Assembly (NCBI GenBank): GCA_963751455.1
Contig: CAVVUN010000001.1
Location: 544,001 to 608,000 of the forward strand
Length of the DNA stretch: 64,000 nucleotides
Origin: Nitrospirota bacterium
GTDB taxonomy: Bacteria > Nitrospirota > UBA9217
Direction: 5' to 3'
The position numbers and the translations under genes were made by a program. Of this stretch, positions 8,025-18,194 are shown one piece after another; within the stretch, counting starts at the first letter, position 1; every line of letters starts with the position of its first letter. The notes under the pieces were generated by a model, which was not told the origin of the DNA, searched no databases, and saw only the letters and a program-made list of their open reading frames with translations.

Positions 8025-8366
8025 TTATCCTATCGGAGAGTCCACTTTATTGAGAATTGGTCGTCGCCCATGTATACTTGTAAATTGATTTAACCAAGTT
8101 CTTTCAAGTTTAGGTAGGTTTTTTGGATTGTAGATTGCAAAGTAGAACCAAATCGCCTTACCTTCTAGTGTTGGATTTGTTTTTTCTGGATTGTCGAGGT
8201 GTTGCTGAAATCTAACGAATAAATTATCCGAAAGTCCAATATATAGGATGTCATTGTCAAACGTAGTAAGAACATAACAACCTGTCTCATTAGGTACTGA
8301 TTTAAACGATGCACGTTTAAAATGTACCTTGTCTTTTGGTAGCGGAATTAGTTCGGTGATCTTCAT
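8025..8366 (-). CDS. GIY-YIG nuclease-family protein
   Basis: GCYVL...LYIGLS...RFQQH...LE...LN motifs; ATGA-type overlap with the upstream gene. Confidence 0.8.
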   Translation of the reverse strand: MKITELIPLPKDKVHFKRASFKSVPNETGCYVLTTFDNDILYIGLSDNLFVRFQQHLDNPEKTNPTLEGKAIWFYFAIYNPKNLPKLERTWLNQFTSIHGRRPILNKVDSPIG

Positions 8367-9502
8367 AATTCCATTTCTTTTTCCGTTTTAATGTCGGATT
8401 GTTTATGAAGCGCCTTCACCATTTCGCTATTTATCTTACTTAATGCGCCAGTATTTAAACCACTTGCAGTACCACTTTTCACCCAGAAATCTGTATGGCC
8501 AACTCCAGCTCCATCACCTTCAACATTTTCAAAAACATTTTCCAATAATGACTGCATCGTTGAAACTTTATAATCGGGCATATTAACCATCTTGTTGTAA
8601 AATGGAACGCAAAATTTAGAGAATAATTCAACTCCATTGTATTTGAATAGAACTGTTGGCTCACTATCGCCGAGAATGTTGGTAATAGCCTTCCAATAGT
8701 TCATGTAAATCCTATGTTGCCTGTCTTCCTTTTCTGTGTTGCAAACAGGATTATTTGCAACTAAAACATATTTCTTAATTGCTTTCACAAAACTCTTCTG
8801 ATTAATACTTCCATCACTATTATCATCATTGGCCATTTTAATTTTATTTTGCCAAGGACTGTCTTTGTCATTGTTTAAAAAATCTACATACTGTAGAGCT
8901 TTTTCATCTTCACCTTTTTGGACTGAATTGAGAATCCATTTTGGTAAATTTGGCGTATCATCGACACCCATTGCTTTTGTTAATCTCGCTCGGATTCTCT
9001 GAGCAACGCCTTCCTCAACACTTTTTTGTGTGGTATTAACAATGAGGAAGTGACACATTTGCGCAATCTCAGAAAGATTAACTGCAATATTGACAGATAC
9101 TTCAAATTCTAGAACACGAGGATCTTTATCAGCCGCCATTTTTAAACCTTCAACACGGTGTTGACCATCAACAACATTGAATGGCCCTACTTCATCGATG
9201 TCTATTTCAATGGTGTTATTATTCGGATGGAATGCTATATTTTTATCCGTTGCAATAAAAATGCTTGTCGGCAAAAATGCATCTTTAGTTTCTTGTCCCG
9301 CAACAATATAGTCGGCAAGCTTTTTTGCTCTTGACTTGTTTAGTAACCGCTGATAACCCTTATCACTAGCATTTTCAGGGTCGAGTCTCTCTATGCTATA
9401 AAAGTTCGGAATTATTAAATCTGAAACTTTTAATGATGTAGCGTAAAGGATCAGATCTCCTTGTTTTACCAAAGAGGCAGGTCTAACGATTTTCTTACTC
9501 AT
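8363..9502 (-). CDS. DGQHR-domain (DndB/ParB-like) protein
   Basis: GYQR...VVDGQHR...INTTQKSV-like motifs; start moved to ATG 9502 behind AAGGAG. Confidence 0.85.
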   Translation of the reverse strand: MSKKIVRPASLVKQGDLILYATSLKVSDLIIPNFYSIERLDPENASDKGYQRLLNKSRAKKLADYIVAGQETKDAFLPTSIFIATDKNIAFHPNNNTIEIDIDEVGPFNVVDGQHRVEGLKMAADKDPRVLEFEVSVNIAVNLSEIAQMCHFLIVNTTQKSVEEGVAQRIRARLTKAMGVDDTPNLPKWILNSVQKGEDEKALQYVDFLNNDKDSPWQNKIKMANDDNSDGSINQKSFVKAIKKYVLVANNPVCNTEKEDRQHRIYMNYWKAITNILGDSEPTVLFKYNGVELFSKFCVPFYNKMVNMPDYKVSTMQSLLENVFENVEGDGAGVGHTDFWVKSGTASGLNTGALSKINSEMVKALHKQSDIKTEKEMEL

Positions 9503-9526
9503 ATTTTCATCTCTCCTTTTTAATGT

Positions 9527-9560
9527 GTCGGCAACAATACTTGTCTCAAAATCAACCAGT
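9527..9560 (-). other. Candidate attI crossover site
   Basis: GTTGCCG core (AAC at 9533-9535) just upstream of the first cassette RBS, between array and divergent intI. Confidence 0.45.
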
Positions 9561-9956
9561 GTTTGATGGGACGGAAACCGCCCCGCCATTTCAGAAAATT
9601 CGGTAATGGCGGGGTGAAAATTAAATATTTTTGTTCAATAATGTAAACTTCTGCAACTGCGGTTTTCGCCTTGCCAAATACTGAATTTCGGAATTGGCAG
9701 GATAAAATTTCTGCAACTTTAAATGCAAATCGAGTATATTTTATGCATTATGGCCTGTCAAGATAAAGTTGTTCAAAGTTGTTGAATATTCGGATCGGAA
9801 TACAACGCGAGAACACCTTTCCCGAATTAAGAAAAACACATGAATGAGACACTCTTATGAATACCAGCATGATGATAGCGTTCTCCTCTTGATAAGTGAA
9901 CATTTGTTCACTATATTATTGTTTATATGGTTCATGAAGCTGTCTGAAGCAACCGT

Positions 9957-11288
9957 TTGATTCTCATACGACCCGTGCAACCCATACCCAAAGATATTCT
10001 GGCTAAATTTGACGGCATTCTGAAACAACGGAATGTCCCCCTTTGCTCCCGATCCGATTACCGGAAGTGGCTGCTGTATTTTCTCGACTTCCGAGCTAAA
10101 TATCCTCTTCCGGAAGGCAAATCGGATCAAGTGAGGGCGTTCGCGGACAAGCTGCGGTCAAAGAATCAATCCTCCATGCAAATAGAGCATGCAGCTAAAG
10201 CGATTTCGCTGTTCTTTGCTTTGCAACAGGGAAAAAAGACTATTTCATCGTCGGCCGCCGCGCAGATTGCGCCTCCTGCAGCCGGGCCGCATTGCGGCCT
10301 ACAGGTAAAATACATCCAAGCACAGCAACTGTGCTCAACAACAGCGACGAAGGAATCCGAGATGGTTTGCGAGCCGCCGGCGCCCTCCGCGCCGTACACG
10401 CCCAGGATCCGGGGCGGCAAACACTACGATGAATGGCGCTGCCTCAAAAAAACCGAATCCCCGGCGTGGGACAAGGTCATTGAAAATCTTGCTGCGGAAA
10501 TAAAGCTGCGGCATTACTCTCGAAAAACGCTCAAGCATTATGCGGACTGGAGCCGCAAGTTCCAGAACTACCTGAAAGACAAACCACCTTCGGAATTGTC
10601 TCCATCGGAGGTGAAGGCGTACCTGACGTATCTGGCCGTGAACTGCAAGGTATCCTCAAGCCACCAGAACCAGGCGTTCAACGCACTCTTGTTTCTGTTC
10701 AGACATGTTTTAAAGACAGATTTCGGCATCCATAAGGACATCCCGCGCGCGAAGAAATCGAATTACATTCCCGTGGTTCTTTCCCGCGAGGAAATCGACG
10801 CTGTTTTGAGACATCTCGAATATCCATACAAGCTTGTGGCCCAACTCCAGTACGGCTGCGGGTTACGCATTTCGGAAGGCTGTAAACTGCGGGTGAAGGA
10901 TTTCAATTTTGACGCCGGCATTCTCACTGTCCGCGGAAAAGGCGATAAAACCCGCACCGTGCCTATTCCGCAAAGAATCGTGCCGGAGCTTCAGGCCCAA
11001 ATAGAGACCGTGAAAAAAATGCATGACGAGGATCTGGCAACAGGGTACGCAGGGGTTTTTCTCGATGATCAACTGGAGAAAAAATATCCACGAGCCGCGA
11101 AGGAGCTTGTCTGGCAATGGTTTCTCCCGAAGCAAACGTTAACCTTTGTTGCGGAAACGAAGGAGCGGCGGCGGTATCATCTTCATGACTCTCATGTTCA
11201 GGATGCGCTGAACGACGCCGTCAGGAGGGCAAAGCTCACTAAGCGCGTTACCTCCCACACCTTCCGTCACTCATTCGCGAACCTTTAG
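9957..11288 (+). pseudogene. intI: Integron integrase, long N-terminal form, 3'-truncated by transposase element
   Basis: IKLRHYSRKT, SSHQNQAFNALLFLF, YGCGLRISE, RGKGDK.R, IntI-specific KYPRA.KELVWQW, HTFRHSFA then immediate stop; LLGH...TMIY (catalytic Tyr) missing. Confidence 0.9.
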
Positions 11289-12157
11289 CGAACCTTTAGG
11301 AACCTTTAGGAACCTTTAGGGTCAAGTCTTTTTCGTTGCATTTTCGTATTCACGAAGCCAGCGGCTGATCGTCGAGTAGTGGACGGCCACATGGCGGGCT
11401 AGTTCACTCTGATGATAACCGTATTTTTCCACGGCCTCGGACACTTTTTTCATCAGTTTGCGATGATTGTTCATGACTGAGTCGGGCAGCAAAACGGCAA
11501 GCGACGGCCGGGTCGAATATCGCTGACTCCGGGGAATTTCGGGAATGTCGATACCCCACTGAACGAACTGGCGATACTCTTTTTCCGCTTTATCTCGTTT
11601 TCTGCTGAATTGACCGAGCACCCAGTCCTTTGTGAGGCAGGGGTGAGATTCAGCTTTACCCGCGGTCGCAAGGTAACTGGACCACTTCCAGCCTTCCGGC
11701 GCTTCGACCATCCTTGCTCTTACCGGATTTAGAACCACATATCGGCAGACCTCAAGGAGATGACTGTCTTTCTGGATCAAGATAGCCTTATACCGGCCCT
11801 GGAATAAATGCCCGGACCTGCCGTGATACTTGTTGAAAAGTTGCGTATACACGCTGTTCAATTGGCGCATACCGAGAGAAAGATTGCCTTCCGGGGTCTC
11901 GATAAGAAGGTGGTAATGATTTGTCATGAGGCAATACGCATGACAGATCCAATTGTACCGCTTGTTGACGTGCTGGACCGTGTTCAGGAAGTTTTCGCGG
12001 TCCTGGTCGTTTTTGAATACGGGCTTCTTTTCGTTACCACGAGAAGTTACGTGATAGACTGCACCGGCATATTCTATTCTTAGAGGTCGGGCCATGGGGC
12101 GACTGTAGCAGAAATCAGAATGAAATGCAACGAAAAAGACTTGACCCTAAAGGTTCC
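11280..12157 (-). mobile_element. HUH/Y1 (RAYT-like) transposase element, copy 2
   Basis: Perfect 35-bp IRs 11309-11343 / 12123-12157; four AACCTTTAG units at 11280, 11291, 11301, 11311. Confidence 0.85.
11322..12095 (-). CDS. Y1/HUH transposase, copy 2 (32-aa in-frame internal deletion)
   Basis: Near-identical to 1594-2463 but lacking GKKTIW...KKHK. Confidence 0.9.
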   Translation of the reverse strand: MARPLRIEYAGAVYHVTSRGNEKKPVFKNDQDRENFLNTVQHVNKRYNWICHAYCLMTNHYHLLIETPEGNLSLGMRQLNSVYTQLFNKYHGRSGHLFQGRYKAILIQKDSHLLEVCRYVVLNPVRARMVEAPEGWKWSSYLATAGKAESHPCLTKDWVLGQFSRKRDKAEKEYRQFVQWGIDIPEIPRSQRYSTRPSLAVLLPDSVMNNHRKLMKKVSEAVEKYGYHQSELARHVAVHYSTISRWLREYENATKKT

Positions 12158-12196
12158 CCTTGGACTGCTAGTTGGCGTAGAGCGGTATTTTGTCGG

Positions 12197-12253
12197 AGCC
12201 AACTCGCCGGTCACTCGCCGCAAGGCGAGTCGATGTGGACCGGCAGGTGATAT
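12197..12253 (-). other. attC-like site (degenerate core GGT for GTT)
   Basis: GCCAAC tcgccggtca-ctcgcc gcaa ggcgag...ggaccggca GGTGATA. Confidence 0.55.
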
Positions 12254-12312
12254 TTTTAACGCGACGCTGAGGGGCGCGTTTTCAGCGACCCTCTCGAGCG
12301 CTATGGTTAGAA
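12254..12312 (-). other. attC site
   Basis: TTTTAAC gcgacgctgaggggcgcg...cgaccctctcgagcg...GTTAGAA; nearly identical to 59180-59239. Confidence 0.85.
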
Positions 12313-12437
12313 CGCTCACAAAGAAAAAGTATTAATAAGTGATGTCTGACACTGCTACATGATCACATTGATTTGTCCTTAGAAGTTGATGTGGTGCATC
12401 TGCACCACTTTCATGGCCGCTTTGATAGAAATGGGCT

Positions 12438-14360
12438 TTACGATCTAAATCTCTCACCAACAAGATGTATCGCCAGCTTTGCAAATTCATACAGATCCGC
12501 GTTATCCCGTTCAATTAATTTTATGCCTATTTCTGTAACTTCTGGAATAAGCAAGCAGAGAAATTTCCTTTTGTTATGTGCCATATCTCTTGATAAATTA
12601 AGTGCGGCAGTAAATAATTTATTTGCTTCGCCATAATTCGCTTCCAACAAGTAACACAACGCCAAGTTGTAAGATACTAGTGCGTCAGATAAACTAACTG
12701 ATGTTTGTTTTTGCGCTTTAATTAAGTACTCCTTAGCCTCCGAAATTTTGTTTAATGATAAATAAAGGTATCCGATATTGTTTAATACAGATACACTACT
12801 TTTCTTATCGCAAAAGGTAAGCGCTTTTCCCAAGTCACTGATTACCTCAAGTCGATAACCACCGTATTTGTCATTCCCGGTTTTAGCAAGTTCAAATTTT
12901 GTTTTTGAAAGGTTGTCATATACCGTAAAGCATCCCTTCATATTTGTTGACTTGCAGATTGTTATTGCTTTTTGTAAATCTATACAAGCTTCTTCTAGCT
13001 GCCCTATGTTAGATAAAGATGCGCCTCTAGAACAAAGTGCTCCTGCATGATTTGGCTCATACGATAAAGCTTTATTGAAATATTTAATTGCCTGCGTATC
13101 GTCATCCGTTATTAGCCCCAACTGGTACCAAGCATTTGCATTATTTTCATCAAAGGATAATGCTTCGGTTAGTGCTTTTTTTGCGTAATCTTTTTGGTCT
13201 AAACTTTTCAAACAAATTGCTTTGCAGACATGATAGCTAGATTCACTGGACCTTATTTTTATTGCTTGATTAAATTGAAGCAATGCCTCTTGATAGTCAT
13301 CGTTGTCTAGAAGAAGTAATCCATAATGGAAATGGATGGAAGAACAACCGTTATTGAAATCCAGTCCTTTTTTATAGCAAATAGCAGCCTCGTCCTTTCT
13401 GCCCTGTTGCTCCAGTAGAATTGCTTTGTGATGCCATAAATATTCGTTTTTTTCATCAATTTTAATTGCATCATTTAAGCAGTTTATGGCTAAATCTTTT
13501 TCATCTTGCTGAGTAAAAATTTCTGCTTTTAAAATTAATAATTGCACGTCGGAACTATGATCTTTTATTAATTCGTCAAGAAGCTTCTTTGATTCCTCAT
13601 ATTTCTTTAAATTGACCAGTATCTGTATTTTTTGGTAATAATAAAAAGAGGTTAATGTAATATTATATTTTTTGGACGCTTTTTCTATTTCGTTCACACA
13701 GACCCGGAACTTAATTTCGTCATCTGTGGTTATCTTACTTCCACTATTTTTAAGTTCTGAAAATGTTACAAGGGACTCTTTGACTTCTTTCTCAATATAA
13801 TCTTTTTCAGGAAATACCAGTTTCATAAATGCTTCTTCAACCAGCGGCTCAACTTTCTTCAGTTCGTTAGTCAATATTTCTCTTAGATTCTTGGGATCAC
13901 TATATTTATATCTGACATACATTTGATCTTTCACGTCTGAGAAGTCCTTGTCCATGTCTATCAGTGCAACAGGAGGTTTCTTCATCGGCTCTTTCATAAA
14001 GCTCTGAATATCAATACATGCTTTTTGTTCCAGCAGCACTATACAAGGCTTGCGAAGTCCAACCAGAATTCCATATTCAAATATAACATTCGGCCTAAAA
14101 CCATCCAAAATTATGATCGCTAACGAGCATCTATTTAAAAAATCTAGAAGCTGAGAGTATTGACTGTGGCCAGGTATTCCATGGATTGAAAGTCTTTTTG
14201 TATCATATTTTCCTGTTGCTTCTAATACTGTTTCAATGGCATCAAGCGTGATCGCAATATGCGGCTCTCTAGACGAATAAACAATGAAACATGTTTTTGT
14301 TGATTCTTTATGCATGTCTAGTCGTATTTGCATGTAGTGAACAATTTTTGTTTCATCCAT
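12438..14360 (-). CDS. Gene cassette: N-terminal nucleoside 2-deoxyribosyltransferase/TIR-like domain fused to TPR array
   Basis: CFIVYS...RCSLAIIILDGFRPNVIFEYGIL..LRKPCI; many TPR motifs (AWYQLG, ALCSRG, VLNNIG). Confidence 0.7.
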   Translation of the reverse strand: MDETKIVHYMQIRLDMHKESTKTCFIVYSSREPHIAITLDAIETVLEATGKYDTKRLSIHGIPGHSQYSQLLDFLNRCSLAIIILDGFRPNVIFEYGILVGLRKPCIVLLEQKACIDIQSFMKEPMKKPPVALIDMDKDFSDVKDQMYVRYKYSDPKNLREILTNELKKVEPLVEEAFMKLVFPEKDYIEKEVKESLVTFSELKNSGSKITTDDEIKFRVCVNEIEKASKKYNITLTSFYYYQKIQILVNLKKYEESKKLLDELIKDHSSDVQLLILKAEIFTQQDEKDLAINCLNDAIKIDEKNEYLWHHKAILLEQQGRKDEAAICYKKGLDFNNGCSSIHFHYGLLLLDNDDYQEALLQFNQAIKIRSSESSYHVCKAICLKSLDQKDYAKKALTEALSFDENNANAWYQLGLITDDDTQAIKYFNKALSYEPNHAGALCSRGASLSNIGQLEEACIDLQKAITICKSTNMKGCFTVYDNLSKTKFELAKTGNDKYGGYRLEVISDLGKALTFCDKKSSVSVLNNIGYLYLSLNKISEAKEYLIKAQKQTSVSLSDALVSYNLALCYLLEANYGEANKLFTAALNLSRDMAHNKRKFLCLLIPEVTEIGIKLIERDNADLYEFAKLAIHLVGERFRS

Positions 14361-14475
14361 GGTGCATTACTCCCTTCTGGAACATAGATACTGCGTAGAT
14401 TGAGCTGAATGTTCTTTGTGAAACCCAACAAACCTTCTGAAGAAACGTTGATCAAGCTGAACCATTTTGCCCAGC

Positions 14476-14533
14476 CTACAACGCGCGCGTGAGGAGCAAG
14501 CTTTTCGCGACTCACTCGACGCGTATGTTATCT
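14476..14533 (-). other. attC site
   Basis: CTACAAC gcgcgcgtgagg...ctcactcgacgcgtat GTTATCT; overlaps the stop of 14528-15517. Confidence 0.9.
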
Positions 14534-15517
14534 TACAGCCTCTTGGAGCACCTTCAGGTGCTCTGATGTTTCTTTGCTTTTAGGGTTCAATTTCAAACTT
14601 TCCTGAATTACTTTCTCAGCCTCTGCCGACTTCCCCATTTTATGTAATATCCATCCCTTCGTATCGAGAAAATATGAATTGTCGGGTTGATGTTCTAGAG
14701 CTGCTGTTATAAGACCTACAGCTTTATTGAGGTACTTTTCGTTCTCAGCATAGTCCATCGCAAGTTCATTCATAATCATTGGATCTTTCGGATATAGAGA
14801 TTGTGCAGTTTCTAATGTTGTCAATGAGCCAGACAGATCTTTAATATCTTTCTGGAACCTAGACAGCATTATATAAATATCTGCCTTTGAAACTGTCTCT
14901 GCATCATGAGTGTCGCGTTTCATTTCTGAGATAAAACTTTTAAGAATGTTTATAGCGATATCAATATTACCTTTTACCCAATTACACATCGAGCTGATAA
15001 TTGCCTTCTTAGTTGGATCATCACATTTTGCTTCAGCTTTATGTAAATGTTCGAGAGCTTCATCTTTTCGACCCATTTTCTTCAAAATTTTAGCAGTCTC
15101 TATATGAAGCCCGATAGCGTCAGCGCCGTTTCTTAACGCTTCTTGACATGCCTGGAGAGCCATTTCGGTCTCATTGAGCGCGTCATAACATGTCCCCACT
15201 ATAAACAGGGCGAAATCATCTCGGGGATTAAGCATCAAATATTTATTAAAGTAGAAGACGGCATTTTTATAATTACCAAGATTTAAATAAGAACGCCCAA
15301 GATAGTACCAATTGTATTTTGAAAAAGTCTTGTCATTATTATGTGAACTTTCAGATTTTTCAAATTTCGATATAGCTTTTCGGTACTTTCCCAGTTCGAA
15401 AAATATATTCCCCAGATTTGCATAATGTGTTTCTTGAAGGGTAGGTATGGTCCAAAAAACAAGGTGATTCCAATATAGTTTCAGGTACAAGATCAGATAT
15501 CTTAATCGAGTAGGCAT
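14528..15517 (-). CDS. Gene cassette: TPR protein
   Basis: Repeated TPRs (YANLG, WYYLG, FLDTKGW); bounded by attC sites. Confidence 0.8.
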   Translation of the reverse strand: MPTRLRYLILYLKLYWNHLVFWTIPTLQETHYANLGNIFFELGKYRKAISKFEKSESSHNNDKTFSKYNWYYLGRSYLNLGNYKNAVFYFNKYLMLNPRDDFALFIVGTCYDALNETEMALQACQEALRNGADAIGLHIETAKILKKMGRKDEALEHLHKAEAKCDDPTKKAIISSMCNWVKGNIDIAINILKSFISEMKRDTHDAETVSKADIYIMLSRFQKDIKDLSGSLTTLETAQSLYPKDPMIMNELAMDYAENEKYLNKAVGLITAALEHQPDNSYFLDTKGWILHKMGKSAEAEKVIQESLKLNPKSKETSEHLKVLQEAVR

Positions 15518-15531
15518 AAGCTTTTTTAAAT

Positions 15532-15581
15532 TGATAACAAAGAATTGAGCGGCTAAAGGCCGCTCAAATATTTCGTTAAAT
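15532..15581 (-). other. Short attC site
   Basis: TGATAAC aaagaattgagcggc-taaag-gccgctcaaatatttc GTTAAAT. Confidence 0.75.
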
Positions 15582-15661
15582 GGTTGACTAAGTTTCTTTG
15601 CTCGACCCGGATGGTTGAGTCATCCGTCGGGTTTCATTCTACCAGACTTAATCTCGCTGTT

Positions 15662-16274
15662 CTATTGTTCACCGGTCAATAAAGCAAAGAACATTTTATC
15701 AGCTAACAAATTGTCGACAGCCATGTCAAAAGCCTTATCATATAAATCCTTTCCCAATTTTATAAATTCAGCAGAAGAAGAATAGCCTTCCGTAGTCAAT
15801 GACAGCGAAATATCTTTCTTCTTTGTGTCATAGATTTCCCATTCAAATCTGACAAATACCTCTCCTTTAGTCCCGTGGACAGAGCCACACGTATTCGCTT
15901 TCACATCGGCAATCTTTCCGCCTAATAATAGTTCAGCTTGCTTACTATAATTCTTCATTAAACGGAGAATATGCTTTCCCAATGAGAGAATAACCATGTT
16001 TATCCAATTTATTTCTAACTACGTTGGCAACGTCGGTAACTACTCTTTCGTTTCCAGACCAACGTAATTCCCCGCCGGACATACACCATACCCCCCGATA
16101 AGCCTCGCCGATAACTGTATTCGCTTCTACGGCATCAACCAATTTATTTACTGATATTGATTTTGACTTATTTTTAAGTTCAATGGGGAGCTGACGTGTT
16201 ACGTTTTTTGACAAAGGTGCCATTGTACAGCCAACAAATGATCCGCAAATAATCAAAATCAGCCATTTCTTCAT
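15662..16274 (-). pseudogene. Frameshifted lipoprotein (probable cassette gene)
   Basis: Lipobox FVGC; two overlapping ORFs joined by a one-base shift near 15950 (GAA T TAT AGT). Confidence 0.65.
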
Positions 16275-16289
16275 AACCCCTCCATATTA

Positions 16290-16317
16290 TCGGGTTTCGC
16301 ATCGCTCTACCCAGGCT
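16290..16317. repeat. REP-like palindrome remnant
   Basis: Minus strand agcctgggtagagcgatgcgaaacccg. Confidence 0.4.
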
Positions 16318-16750
16318 GGTCTGCATATATTCTATAAACGTTAACAAGTTTTATAGGGACGAATTACGGTAGCATAGATTATATGCATGGTCAAGGCGAT
16401 TTAATAAAAGTTTGGCGTAAGCCGCGGAAATCATTAGCATCCATTTGCTGACTATTCCGTTTTACCGGAATATAGCAAGTAAGATGACTAATATTCATGA
16501 TTGAATGACAGTCGGCAGAGAATGCAGTGTGCTACGACAATGATCGATACTCATGTGTCCCGACCAGAACCGCGAAGATGCTAAAATCACTGGCTTCTGA
16601 TCAGTGTACATGGCTGGTTTAGAGCAGAAAAATGTCTTCTCCACATGGCCAGAGGAAAAGTATCCGGGGGGAGAATCGACGGAATTTTTACGGCAGAACG
16701 CGCGCTCGAAAAGGTGGAAGGTTCGGAGTAGATCGGTTGTTCTTTGTCTA

Positions 16751-16960
16751 TTATTTCGTTATGAGATTTTGAAGGTCTTCCTTGCTCATGCCGCATTGAT
16801 TCAAAATCCCCATTGGCCAATCTGAATGAAGAGGAACAACTGTTTTAAATTGATCTTTCTGCAAGCTGACGTGACTCCCTTTTTTTCGCACCTCTTTGAA
16901 ACCGGCTTTTTTGAGGAGCCTAATCAGATCATCTCCTGATAAAACAGGAAGTTTAGGCAC
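16751..16960 (-). CDS. hicA: HicA-family toxin (possibly small internal deletion)
   Basis: MPKLP..SG..LIR.L...GF...R.KGSH....VVP.H. Confidence 0.8.
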   Translation of the reverse strand: MPKLPVLSGDDLIRLLKKAGFKEVRKKGSHVSLQKDQFKTVVPLHSDWPMGILNQCGMSKEDLQNLITK

Positions 16961-17174
16961 TGACAGTTACCTCCAGGGGATAGAAGAAGACCTCACCTGT
17001 GTTTTCCGGCAGGTCCTCGGTCCCGAAACTCTCGATATAGAGCTCTACGGCTTCTTTCAGGTTTTTCTGGGCCTCTTCGATCGTTGTCCCCTGGGCTACG
17101 ACGCCTAGTTCCACACAATGGGCCACATACCATTTCTCTTCTTTGGTAATAACGGCGGTAAATTTCTTCGACAT
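16953..17174 (-). CDS. hicB: HicB-family antitoxin
   Basis: WYVA.C.EL...AQG.T.EEA..NLKEAVELY. Confidence 0.85.
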   Translation of the reverse strand: MSKKFTAVITKEEKWYVAHCVELGVVAQGTTIEEAQKNLKEAVELYIESFGTEDLPENTGEVFFYPLEVTVSA

Positions 17175-17232
17175 GAAAAATGCCTCCTTAATACGTCTTG
17201 AGTTGGAGGGGTACTACAGTCTTAAACTTATA

Positions 17233-18054
17233 TTACAGCAGGATACTCTTCGCATCTGTATGCTTCAGCATGATCTTCTCGATCATCCTGACAATTCCAG
17301 TGCCAAGCGTGAAGATGAAATCTATATGGAGGTGGGATTCGGCAGTGTCGTCGAAGAACAGATGGAGTTTGGATTCCATGCCGTCTTCCGGCTTCCAGTA
17401 GCATATTAGGATCGGTACTTTCGGAAAGGGATAGAGGACTACCGATATGTCGGAATTGAAATTATTTTGGGATGAGTTTCCGCTGAACATGGTGACCAGA
17501 TCTCCGAAAAGTTCTGAATGGCTGTCCGCAATCTGCTTCAGCGGCGTTTCGCATCTCCGTTCGAAAAGCCGGCTCCAGTTCTGGCCGTTCTTCAGATCAC
17601 GAAACGGGACCCATCTACCGCTTACGTCCGTCCCCTTGCTGCTAAGAATATAGTCCAGCAGCGGTATTGAGAACCATGCATGGGTGTGGCAGTGAGATTT
17701 GACAGCGGCTTTTGGGTCGACTTCAAACTCTTTGCCAAGGCACTTGATCACTATTGCATCATTCTTGATCCCGGCCCCTATTCGTTCTGCCCGCGACAAC
17801 AGATCAATGGCCGATATTTTTTTTGCCAGATCTTTCAAGGTTTCTTCCTGGATGCTTTCCAGGTTTACCTGCTTGTCGATCTTGCCTTCAAATCCGGCCA
17901 CAAGGCTGCTGTCCAAATGCGGGCAATCCTTGAGTTGTTTTTCCTGTTTTATGACAGCCGCAGAAAAGCCGAGGCAGGTTGCAATGCCGCATTGTCCGCA
18001 GTTGGACTTCGGCAAGAGCTTATAGACATCAAGAGGGGTATTCAGAGTAGTCAT
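17233..18054 (-). CDS. Fe-S cluster domain + DUF3786-like protein
   Basis: LLPKSNCGQCG..TC..F...CP N-terminal 4Fe-4S motif; PFPKVP....W..EDG C-terminal domain. Confidence 0.7.
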   Translation of the reverse strand: MTTLNTPLDVYKLLPKSNCGQCGIATCLGFSAAVIKQEKQLKDCPHLDSSLVAGFEGKIDKQVNLESIQEETLKDLAKKISAIDLLSRAERIGAGIKNDAIVIKCLGKEFEVDPKAAVKSHCHTHAWFSIPLLDYILSSKGTDVSGRWVPFRDLKNGQNWSRLFERRCETPLKQIADSHSELFGDLVTMFSGNSSQNNFNSDISVVLYPFPKVPILICYWKPEDGMESKLHLFFDDTAESHLHIDFIFTLGTGIVRMIEKIMLKHTDAKSILL

Positions 18055-18072
18055 GTTTAAAATAGGAAACTT

Positions 18073-18177
18073 TTTGGACGCAGATTAAAGCGGATTTTCG
18101 CGGATAACCAAAAAGGAGATTCTGATTCAGACCAAGATTGTAAAAATCTGCGTTTATCCGATTTTTCCGCGTCCAAA
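18073..18177. repeat. Intergenic palindromic repeat, family A (cgcagatt iterations)
   Basis: Inverted arms of ~9-10-bp units; relatives at 20030, 48530, 50986. Confidence 0.75.
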
Positions 18178-18194
18178 TGTTCTTTTCGGTTAAA

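Noticed and set aside
16751-17174. hicBA as an integron cassette
   Set aside because: No attC found on either side; treated as an ordinary TA pair at the array boundary
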